A DNA stretch of 62,916 bases, the filler included, from Octopus bimaculoides (Eukaryota): assembly GCF_001194135.2 (NCBI RefSeq). It is 3 parts of 3 records of this genome, joined end to end, with 100 filler letters (N's around TTAATTAATTAA, not from the genome) between each part and the next. Parts side by side here need not be neighbours in the genome. Positions count along the whole stretch, not along the records: positions 46,533 to 62,916 come from NC_068986.1; 2 more parts are not named here. One strand, 5' to 3'. A program made the position numbers and the translations under genes. The first letter of the stretch is position 1. Each line of letters opens with the position of its first letter. Positions 52,616 through 62,916 of the stretch are shown here, piece after piece. The notes under the pieces are model-generated. The model made no database searches and was not told the origin of the DNA. It saw only the letters and a list, made by a program, of their open reading frames with translations.

Positions 52616-53819
52616 CATTAAAGTGATTCCACATCATGACTGAAACAAGATAAAAGGTAAAGATATACATACATTGTCTCTCTAACGCAGTCCTCTGCAC
52701 CATTTTTTCATGTGCAGTAGGGGGAAAAATTATATTCAGGTTACACTGCGGTACACCTAGCACCGTCTCGTGGCACACCACGCGTTATATCGGTTCTGGA
52801 GCATACTTCCATGGTTATTGCTATTACAACGGAGATAATCATCTCATCATAATTCGAAGCAAAATTTGAAATTAGAATTTGAAATTCAGAAACTAAAAGA
52901 AAGAAGTTTCAAGAAATTTATATATTGTTATTATTCGTTTCTTTTCTTTTTTGTTTACTTAATCGACGTTAACAAAATCTTTAGTCTTTTAATAATCTTG
53001 TACAGTGCTATTTCATTCTTTTTACAAATAACCAGCATGACGCAACGTTTAATTATTAATTAAACATTTTATGACGCAAGACATTTCATTACAGATGGAA
53101 GTAACTTCAGTGTAGAGAAAACTCATGGAATACTTTAAGGGGATTTGTTTTATTTTATCTTTCTAATCTTGATAGAACATCAACAAATTAGAAATCGCGA
53201 GAATAGAAATGTGTTAGTGTTTACAGACAAAACAGAATAAATATCTCCACGGAAGTCTACCTTAAGAAACTATTTTCTAGTCAGCAATAATTTTACATTT
53301 AGCTACATACAAATTCACAAAACTTTTTCTGATATATTCTATGAAGAATAGACATTTGTTTCACGTTGTAATTTTTCATTGATATTCCCTTATGTGTGTC
53401 AGTTGAATAGAAATCTATTCATAAATACACACGCCTTGACCATCGTAAACAGTCAAAAATAGATTTTCTTGCATTCACAGCTAGTATTTTTCAGCACATG
53501 TGACCCTTCTAACAGTGTAGTTGATATAAAGACGAAAAATCATTTTGTCATAATTCGAAGCAGAATTGGAAATTTGAAACTGAAATTAAGAAATTACAAT
53601 GAAAGAAAGGTATAAAATTTACATATTCTTTTGTTTACTTAAGAGGAATTCGTAAAACCTCCTGTCATTGATAATCGAGTAGATCACTGTTTCATTTTTG
53701 TTACAAGTCATCAGCATCATATAATATGTAAACTATTAATCAAATATTTGATGTTAAAGGTAGAAATAATTAGTCTGGAAGAAAATCGTTGAATGTGATT
53801 GTCTTTTCTTGATATATGT

Positions 53820-54186
53820 AGGCGCAATGATCCAGTGGTTAGGGCAGCGGACTCGCAGTCATAGGATCGCGGTTTCGATTCCCAGAACGGGCGTTGTGAG
53901 TGTTTATTGAGCGAAAACACCTAAAGCTCCACGAGGCTCCGGCAGGGGATGGTGGCGAACCCTGCTGTACTCTTTCACCACAACTTTCTCTCACTCTTTC
54001 TTCCTGTTTCTGTTGTACCTGTATTGTCACACTGTGTCACGCTGAATATCTCCGAGAACTACGTTAAGGGTACACGTGTCTGTGGAGTGCTCAGCCACTT
54101 GCACGTTAATGTACCGAGCAGGCTGTTCCGTTGATCGGATCAACTGGAACCCTCGACGTCGTAAGCGACGGAGTGCCAACAACAAT
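53820..54186 (+). mobile_element. tRNA-derived SINE family D (Arg-like head), CAA tail
   Basis: AGTGGTTAGGGCAGCGGACTCGCAGTC..GGTTTCGATTCCC provides A/B boxes; unique body; ends GCCAACAACAA. Confidence 0.85.
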
Positions 54187-54623
54187 GACTCATAGATATA
54201 TGTATGTAAATATGCTTATACATTATANNNNNNNNNNNNNNNNNNNNNNNNNNNNNNNNNNNNNNNNNNNNNNNNNNNNNNNNNNNNNNNNNNNNNNNNN
54301 NNNNNNNNNNNNNNNNNNNNNNNNNNNNNNNNNNNNNNNNNNNNNNNNNNNNNNNNNNNNNNNNNNNNNNNNNNNNNNNNNNNNNNNNNNNNNNNNNNNN
54401 NNNNNNNNNNNNNNNNNNNNNNNNNNNNNNNNNNNNNNNNNNNNNNNNNNNNNNNNNNNNNNNNNNNNNNNNNNNNNNNNNNNNNNNNNNNNNNNNNNNN
54501 NNNNNNNNNNNNNNNNNNNNNNNNNNNNNNNNNNNNNNNNNNNNNNNNNNNNNNNNNNNNNNNNNNNNNNNNNNNNNNNNNNNNNNNNNNNNNNNNNNNN
54601 NNNNNNNNNNNNNNNNNNNNNNN

Positions 54624-54703
54624 AAGAAGAAGAAGAAGAAGAAGAAGAAGAAGAAGAAGAAGAAGAAGAAGAAGAAGAAGAAGAAGAAGAAGAAGAAGAA
54701 GAA
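54624..54703. repeat. (GAA)n microsatellite
   Basis: Direct reading. Confidence 0.97.
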
Positions 54704-55052
54704 ACAGTAGCAGCAGCTATCTTTTATATGTTTCAGTCATTAGACACTTTTGCAGAAAATATATTCGAGGCTCCGGTATTGGATGTTATTCAGGCATTCA
54801 ACTAAGACTCCACTGTCTCTTATAGCAGAAACAGATGTAAGCTAATGAATTTCATAACATATCCATTGTTTTTCCCGTGTCATTTCTTTTTCCTATTACT
54901 GTTCTCTGCTCATCTAACACTTTGAACTGAGACATACGTATATTGAGTTCTACACTAGGTTATTAGTCTCGCAGTGCGTAATTGAAATATATACACACAC
55001 ATACATACATACATACATACATACATACATACATACATACATACATACATGT

Positions 55053-55420
55053 ACGCTGAAAAAATAGCAGTCAAATCCTGACACTAAAACCACAATAAAG
55101 TCCGTATTTATGTACTGGAGTATATTCCACTGATGAAGGCAGAACATTATTATTTATGCAAAGCCAGAAATCCAGGATTTGGAATTATCTTATTTTTACT
55201 GGTTCATTTGGTCTTCGTCTTCGCTAATCGTGCCATGCGGACATTTATTGTGGTTTTAGAGTCAGGATTTGACTGCTATTTTTTCAGCGTGATGGTATCT
55301 CTTGATACCCTGTATTATAATTTTAAATAATTATTACCTTTGATGGTTTTTATTCCCATGCTGACCACTTGATAAGATCAATATTTTAAATATCGATCTT
55401 ATCCTTATTTATATAAATGT
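55053..55420 (+). mobile_element. Small non-coding element with 5' inverted duplication and a hammerhead (PLE-derived/retrozyme-like)
   Basis: 55053-55104 is the reverse complement of 55238-55290 (1 mismatch, 1 indel). Bounded by (ATAC)n and (TA)n. The 3' end resembles 46340-46400. Confidence 0.7.
55124..55185 (+). ncRNA. Type I hammerhead ribozyme (predicted)
   Basis: AUUCCA-CUGAUGA-A-GGC..GCC-A-GAAA-UC(CAG)GA-UU^-UGGAAU: 6-bp stem I, intact core, AUU triplet, A.A mismatch at the base of stem II. Confidence 0.7.
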
Positions 55421-56009
55421 ATATATATATATTATAGCTATGAATTTATAAAATATATTCTTTTTATTCTTTTTTACTTGTTTTAGTCATCTGGCAGCGG
55501 CCATACTGGAACACCGCCTTGAAGGGTTTACTCGAATAAATCGCTCACATGACTTATTNNNNNNNNNNNNNNNNNNNNNNNNNNNNNNNNNNNNNNNNNN
55601 NNNNNNNNNNNNNNNNNNNNNNNNNNNNNNNNNNNNNNNNNNNNNNNNNNNNNNNNNNNNNNNNNNNNNNNNNNNNNNNNNNNNNNNNNNNNNNNNNNNN
55701 NNNNNNNNNNNNNNNNNNNNNNNNNNNNNNNNNNNNNNNNNNNNNNNNNNNNNNNATTAAAGGAACTTTCATCGACATGCGTTTTGCTCCATTTGTTGTT
55801 ATTATCCATATATTCTCAAAATGTATCACGTTAACTCGGTATATCAACCTGTAAATCGGCTGGGATATCTTGTTTTTTAGTGTAATTTTGCTACCCCTGG
55901 TAACTATTAACGTATTCAAATTATCGAAAGTTTCAATAACTGAGATAATATTAATACACATAAAATAATATACTATATATATATATTATAGCTATGAATT
56001 TATAAAATA

Positions 56010-56225
56010 TATTCTTTTTATTCTTTTTTACTTGTTTTAGTCATCTGGCAGCGGCCATACTGGAACACCGCCTTGAAGGGTTTACTCGAATAAATCGCTC
56101 ACATGACTTATTTCTTAAGCCTAATACTTATTCTATCGGGGTCATTTGCCGAACAGCTACGTTACAGGGACGGAAATTCACCAACACCAGTTGTGAAACG
56201 GCGATTGGAGAAAACACACACACAC
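56010..56225 (-). mobile_element. SINE family C 3' half
   Basis: Homologous to 26590-26760; partial duplicate at 55452-55558. Confidence 0.75.
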
Positions 56226-56296
56226 ACACATACATACATACATGCATACATACATACATACATACATACATACATACATACATACATACATACAAA

Positions 56297-57345
56297 TACA
56301 GGGTGTCTCAAAATTTGGGCAACCAACTTTTTTCAATTTTGCCAAAGCGAAATATTGTTATCTGTCGTGTCCGAGCATTGCAATGCAATGGTACAGGAAA
56401 TACAATTATGACATTACCATATTTATTCGAAATAACCTCCTGTTTCGAATCACAGCCTTAAGTCTAGGCGCGAATGCTTCACACGCGGCACGTAGCTGTT
56501 CTTGCAGAATCGAAGCCCATTCTTGGAGCAGTTTTGCTTTCAAGGCCTCGAGCGAAACATGAGGAATACTCGAGACCCTCATCTCTAAAATAGACCAAAC
56601 AGAAAAATCCAAAGGAAGAGATCGAGGTTTCTTAAGGGCCGTACGTCCTCGCCTATTGATGACGGAATATTTTTTTGAATTCAGTGTTGTGTCTATTTGA
56701 AGCTGTAGGATGTTTCCGAGTCTTGTTGGAAACTCTAAGGTGTACTTTGAATGTACGCATTCACCTATGGAAGCAGTTCAGCTTCCGAACTGTCACTAAC
56801 GTATTGCTGGTTATTAATTTTAACACCCGAGGGTACAAAATCGAGGGGAGACCTTCCAGTGGCTGTCACAACCACCCAAACCTTAACTGTCTGTGGATAA
56901 TTTTGACGTTGATTTACGAGTCTACGCTCGACGGAGCCAGATACACTCCTAAGTCGATCATTCTCGTGGTTTAATGTCTGTTCGATGTCAAATTTCTTTT
57001 CGTCAATGAGCACCAGACTGGACAACGTGCCTTCAGCAATCTCATGCAGGATAAGACGAATGCTCACCAGTCTCATGGCCTTATAAACTTGTGTGAGTTC
57101 AAGACGGCCGGCGGATCTTGTAGGGGTGGATCCTGAGATTCTCCTTCAACACTCGATATATCGATGTTCGGCTTATTTTTGCTGTGACAACCAGTTTTCT
57201 AATAGACGTTTCGGCGTATCATTTCTCTGGTACTTTTGGTAAGATAAGGGGTCCGCACACTTCTTTTTCGTCCACGTCCAGTCCATCAGCAGTGGAACCA
57301 GTCTCTTGAAGTTTCTTGACAATTTTCCAGACTGTAGTTGGGGTA
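56297..57345 (-). mobile_element. maT/DD37D-type Tc1-mariner transposon, decayed
   Basis: TA-CAGGGTGTCTCAAAA terminus. TVWKIVKKLQETGST, IDEKKFDIEQ, VWVVVTATGRSPLDFVPSGVKIN, PLDFSVWSILE, SLEALKAKLLQEW. Confidence 0.85.
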
Positions 57346-57859
57346 AATTTTAGCCTTCTATTTATTGTTATTTTTAATTTTTTTTTTTTTTTTTTTTNNN
57401 NNNNNNNNNNNNNNNNNNNNNNNNNNNNNNNNNNNNNNNNNNNNNNNNNNNNNNNNNNNNNNNNNNNNNNNNNNNNNNNNNNNNNNNNNNNNNNNNNNNN
57501 NNNNNNNNNNNNNNNNNNNNNNNNNNNNNNNNNNNNNNNNNNNNNNNNNNNNNNNNNNNNNNNNNNNNNNNNNNNNNNNNNNNNNNNNNNNNNNNNNNNN
57601 NNNNNNNNNNNNNNNNNNNNNNNNNNNNNNNNNNNNNNNNNNNNNNNNNNNNNNNNNNNNNNNNNNNNNNNNNNNNNNNNNNNNNNNNNNNNNNNNNNNN
57701 NNNNNNNNNNNNNNNNNNNNNNNNNNNNNNNNNNNNNNNNNNNNNNNNNNNNNNNNNNNNNNNNNNNNNNNNNNNNNNNNNNNNNNNNNNNNNNNNNNNN
57801 NNNNNNNNNNNNNNNNNNNNNNNNNNNNNNNNNNNNNNNNNNNNNNNNNATATATACTC

Positions 57860-58129
57860 TCTTTCGTTTTCTACAATGCTCTTCTATCTATCTGGTAGAC
57901 TTGCAAGGCTCCTCTTCCAAAATTCACTTGTCCGTGACGAAAAATACTTCTCCAGTATTCTTCTGACCTCGTCTACTGTATTCATACTTTCTCCAATCAA
58001 ATGATTTTGAAGACTACAGAATAAATGATAATCAGATGGCGCAATGTCTGGCGAATATGATCGGTGGAGCATCGTTTCCCATTCAAACTGATCCAGCCTT
58101 TGGAATGTCATCCTCGCTGTATGTGGCCG
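57860..58129 (-). mobile_element. Mariner transposase C-terminal fragment
   Basis: RPHTARMT..WETMLHRSYSPDIAPSDYHLFCSLQN (YSPDLAPSD motif). Confidence 0.9.
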
Positions 58130-59225
58130 AGGGGATATTATTCTTCGTGTGTTTGAGATGGCATGAGGAGAACAGTAATTATTGTCTAGAATCTGTAGTG
58201 AATATCTGTTTCAATGGTTTTATCTCTTTTGATGATTAGTATATCCAGGAATGGTAGTAAGTTTTACTGTATTCCATGGTAAAGTTAATATTATTGTTTA
58301 TGCTGTTGATTAGATTTTTGAAATCTATCAGTTGTTCAAATGTGTGCATCCATAGGATTAGGCACTCATCCAAGTAACGTTTCCAGTTTTCTAATAGATA
58401 TTTGCGGAAGTTCAAGTCATATATTGATCTAGCAAGAATCTAGCCTTTAATCTAGCAAGATGAATCTGCACAACTGTCTCAAACCTTGAAAGTCACAATG
58501 AAAGACTCCAGGAACTAAAACAAGTACCACTTAAAAGACAATATCCATTAATGCTATTAGACAACGGAATAGAACGTGCCAAAACAATAAATAACGAAGA
58601 ACTAGGGAAAAGGGAAAACTCTCCAGATAAGTCCAATACTCTACCCTTTATTGCAACGCACAACCCAAGAAATACAGAGGTTTACAATATTATCTCCCAG
58701 AACATCTCACTACTAACACAAGACCCAAGAATGAAACAAGCATTTGAAATACAGAAAGTAATCAAAAGTAAAAGACAATCAAACTCCCTCAAAAACATCC
58801 TCACAAATGCTAAATTATCTTCCATCATTTCCACACCAACTGTCAAAAAGTGTGGTCGCCCCAACTGCGGGACCTGCATCAACGTTTTTGAAGGCAAAAC
58901 ATGCAAATTCAAACTAGGGCAGACTTTTACCGTAAAAAAATCATTTTACATGTTCTTCAAGGAATTTAATATACGCTACCAAATGTCAAGGATGTAATGA
59001 AGATTACATAGGTCAAACAAAGCTTACTCTAAAAAATAGACTGACCATTCACCGACAAAAAACGACGGATTCCACTGAGTGAACACAAAACATGTGCTAT
59101 AAAATGTCCCCCAAATTCCAGGTCTTCCCATTCTACATATGTAGAATACCACAGAGGAAGCACGGATAGACAAAGAAAATACTTTCATACAAAATTACGA
59201 ACCAAGACTTAACAAACTTTAACAG
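58130..59225 (+). mobile_element. Neptune-like Penelope element, 5'-truncated, with inverted RT segment 58130-58440
   Basis: Plus strand: LAR*ICT, LPFIATHNPRN, KRQSNSLKNILTNAK, KKCGRPNCGTC, YIGQTKLTLKNRLTIHRQ, EPRLN. Minus segment: WKRYLDEC, INFTME, PFLDILI, HTKNNIP. Confidence 0.9.
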
Positions 59226-61044
59226 AATACATACACAAATAATTATTCACACACAAAATTCATTCTGCCACTTATCATGAGGATGCTACACTGCTAACAG
59301 CTACATTTTAGGCACTGGACTGCAAACAAACGACTTCTGTCCACTCTCCCACCAGACAGATTAAATTTGAAGTGCCTTGCTAATAACTAAGTATGTTCAC
59401 TCAACCTTCCTTTTAGGCGTAAAATTTACTGTCACGTGACACTAACGCACGGACGTAGCGAGAAACGTACAAAAGGTTATAAACTTAATCATGTGTTCAT
59501 TCTCTACAAACACTTCACAGAAAACATTCAGAGCATTGATTGTTTGGAGATGTTCAGTCAACCATACCAGCCTTAACTTAAGACGCCAAACGTTGTCACT
59601 TAATACTAAATGGGCCTCCTAATCAAAGAAACTACATGTAATTGTTAGTGACTCGCACAATACAGGAAGATACACTGTAAAGAAATTATGAAATATTTTA
59701 GAAATAATTCAATATTCATGTCAATAAATGAATATTTTAGTTAGGTGGCAAGGTGAAAGGTATGGATCTGTTTCAGTTATATTAGAATTCGTGAATGCAG
59801 CATTGTATTATCATGCTTTTCCAGATCAACGGACGGAGAACTTTAGAAGCAGACAAAGAGTTACAATTAATTGTGGCCAGTGTAAGTTGGATACTTCGTT
59901 TTTCTATTAAATTCGTGCATAATATTCTGTAATTATATCCATGTTTTCTTTAAGAAACGTAAACAATATTCGTTTTCATTCTCTAATGCTTCTCACTCTC
60001 TATCTTAAAACTACAATTCAATTTATAACGAATTCTTTCATTAAAGAATTATTATTTATTATGGCCGGGTTCCAAGCCGGGCCGCAGCAACAAAGTCCAC
60101 CCACCACACTCCTCGGTCCATCATCGCTGCCCCTATGTCCTGAATACATTCCGGGTCAGTATCTGCAATCAAGTTGTCAATATAACTCTGACGTTTTCCT
60201 CTTCTTACATCACCATAAAAAGGGTTCCACACGACTAATTAAAGGATTCCATGAAATATTTAAATCCATACAATTGGCCTATATGAATTATTTCTCTCAA
60301 GAAACTTTCTGTACTCTAACAGAGACAGAAATATATGTATACACACAAACATATATACACACATACACTTATGTGTGTTTAAGAATGTACGTGCGGGTGT
60401 GTTACTGAAGTATATGTTAAATGTTATGTTTCTAAATAATACATAATACACATAATTGTATATCTATCTACCTATATATTTATCTAACTATATATTCGAA
60501 TTTTCTGAGGATCTTCAATCGTGAAGTGTCGCGGCAGGAGACTTTCTTCCTCTTTTTCGTACATCAGAAGCCTGGAAGACGTACCTTCTATGACGACATA
60601 TGGACGATGTTGGACGTAAAGAGGTACATCGTTGTGCTCAGCAGCAGATCACTTTGTTGATCAATTTGTTGTGTACTTGTTCTAGTATGGATATTAGTTC
60701 AGTCTGGAATCGGATATTATGAAAATATAATACACGATGCACTAACAGGTTTTTATAACTACTCATATATAATAAAATACTAGAGAGATGACCAAGACAA
60801 AATTCAATCACAGGTTATAAGTCGGCCCGAAAGTGCGCGGTTGCAAATGATCGTTTTAACCCCAGAGTCATGATGGCATATGTTTATGTACGTGTGTGTG
60901 TGCATATGTGTGTGTGCGTGTATGTGTGCGTGTGCATTCGTGCGTGTGCGTGCATGTGCGTGTGATTGTATGTTTGTGTGTGCGTGTGCATGTGTATTCG
61001 GTAAGAGTTTAATATAGTTCCTCCTGTTACTACACACGCAAGCG

Positions 61045-61087
<43 letters not shown>

Positions 61088-61825
61088 ACACACATAAACA
61101 TACACGCATAATGTTATGGCGTCGGTCAAGTGTCGTAGGAAGACAAAGGGTAGCCAATATTCTTCTTTTGACGTTGGAACTTTATGCTCTCTCTATATTT
61201 TATAACAAAACTTACAATCTTTCATTTGTAAGTGCACATTAACAAGAATATTCCGATGCGTAAAAAAATACTATTCTTAATACACCATAAGAGTCGAAAA
61301 TCTTTGCACATTTTCTCCATCTTAACGGAAATTTTGCAATGAAAACAAAGAATTCAACTTTTTTCTGTACTGATCGCTTCGTTGATATTACAGACCCCAA
61401 CATTAGAAACACTTATAGAACTACACATATAGGACCAATTTTGCTCTCATTAACTTTTGAATATTGTATATTTCGGGGTAGTTAATATAAATTGCACATG
61501 ATAAATGTGTGATTTTCCAAAATATTCTACAATATATTAGAAAACACATACTTCAACGGTTCCATCAGAATCAGTATTTCGGAGTTAACCATAGTTATTG
61601 CAAATGTTTAAAAGCACAATGTACATTTCTTAGATCTGTAGAATCCCAGTTCTGTCTCTTGGATCTTTTCCTTACTCCAGCGCCTGCAACAGATTCTTCA
61701 GTCTATGATTCTCGAAGTCAATTTCTAGGCGTTTTCTGGTCGATTTGCAGAGGACAGATACATGCACCTCCCACACACACACACACAGGGGAGCACGCAT
61801 GCACACACACACACACACACACACG

Positions 61826-61856
<31 letters not shown>

Positions 61857-62916
61857 NNNNNNNNNNNNNNNNNNNNNNNNNNNNNNNNNNNNNNNNNNNN
61901 NNNNNNNNNNNNNNNNNNNNNNNNNNNNNNNNNNNNNNNNNNNNNNNNNNNNNNNNNNNNNNNNNNNNNNNNNNNNNNNNNNNNNNNNNNNNNNNNNNNN
62001 NNNNNNNNNNNNNNNNNNNNNNNNNNNNNNNNNNNNNNNNNNNNNNNNNNNNNNNNNATATATGTATGTATGTATGTATGTATACAAACCAATGCAATTC
62101 CCCAACAGAAAACCATAATTAGCATAATCTATTTTGCAAAAAATTACTTCTTGAAGATATGGACACTGTGTATTTGTATACACGTTTCCTTAGGTAATAG
62201 CTATCAACACATTACTATATTAAAGGGTCTGTGAATGTTTCAAGTAAATTTGTTTAATATACATAGTAGGTTACGTGTGTGTGTATGTAGGTCGTCTCTC
62301 AAGTATTTAACTATGTGTAGGTATAAAAACCTGCTGGTATATCGTGTATTATTGTTTCATAATATCCGACTCCGAACCGAAATAATATCGATACTGAAAC
62401 AAGTACACAATGAATTGATCCAGGAATTGATCAGCCGCCGAGCACAACGTTGTATCTCTTGTGACCAACGTGGTCCATACATCGGCCTAGAAGGTACATT
62501 TTCTAGGTTTCTGAAGTACGGGAAAAGAGACGGAAAATTCTCGTGCTGGGCCATTTCACAATTGACTGATCTTCAGAAACGTCGCATCCAGCATACTTCC
62601 CCAATCAATAACATAGATTCTCGAAGTATTTATAGAAAGGAGTCATAAACTTGGTTAGTACATATCCCAGTTCTTACATTTTACATATTCATCCACTTGA
62701 TATCTCGTTGTCAATGAAACAACATATGTTTTATTAACACCGCCGGCCGAATCAGAAAAACAAAACTGAATGAAATTCAACAATTAAAAGTCCAGCGAAA
62801 AGAGAGTGATGGAGTCTCGTGACGGCCCGCTTCACAGTTGATAGATTGCTGGTTATACACAAACACACATACTTATGTTTTTATTAGTCTTTTATATATA
62901 TACATATACATATATA

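Noticed and set aside
53820-53895. tRNA gene
   Set aside because: The tRNA-like head continues into a SINE body; no complete cloverleaf or pol III terminator. The same applies to the other SINE heads.
55421-56112. Identical ~135-bp duplication on either side of a gap
   Set aside because: Most likely contig overlap or uncollapsed haplotypes; needs long reads.

Overview
Eukaryotic, AT-rich, draft-assembly window with about 9 kb of N gaps. The microsatellite density and SINE families look like a coleoid cephalopod, most likely Octopus; this is an inference from repeat content. I cannot support any intact host gene. Nearly all listed ORFs are translated microsatellites or run across gaps. The window is a patchwork of decayed mobile elements: several tRNA-type SINE families, two RTE LINEs, RLE-type LINEs (R4/Dong-like and Hero-like), a CR1-like scrap, five Penelope-like (GIY-YIG) remnants, mariner and maT/DD37D transposons, a pogo-type MITE and a Helitron 3' end. 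Two synthetic N44-TTAATTAATTAA-N44 linkers show that three scaffolds were joined here. The most interesting signals are: (1) two near-canonical type I hammerhead ribozymes (38539-38599 minus, in a PLE 3' region; 55124-55185 plus, inside a small inverted-repeat-capped non-coding element), two decayed PLE hammerheads, and a ~190-bp dispersed element with a variant hammerhead core; (2) several fold-back palindromes; (3) a SINE trimer nested at one site in the SINE head; (4) Dong-like LINE 3' ends sitting in (AAT)n; (5) twin-priming-like inversions in a PLE and an RTE; (6) a weak, phase-compatible chain of candidate exons spanning the scaffold joins.
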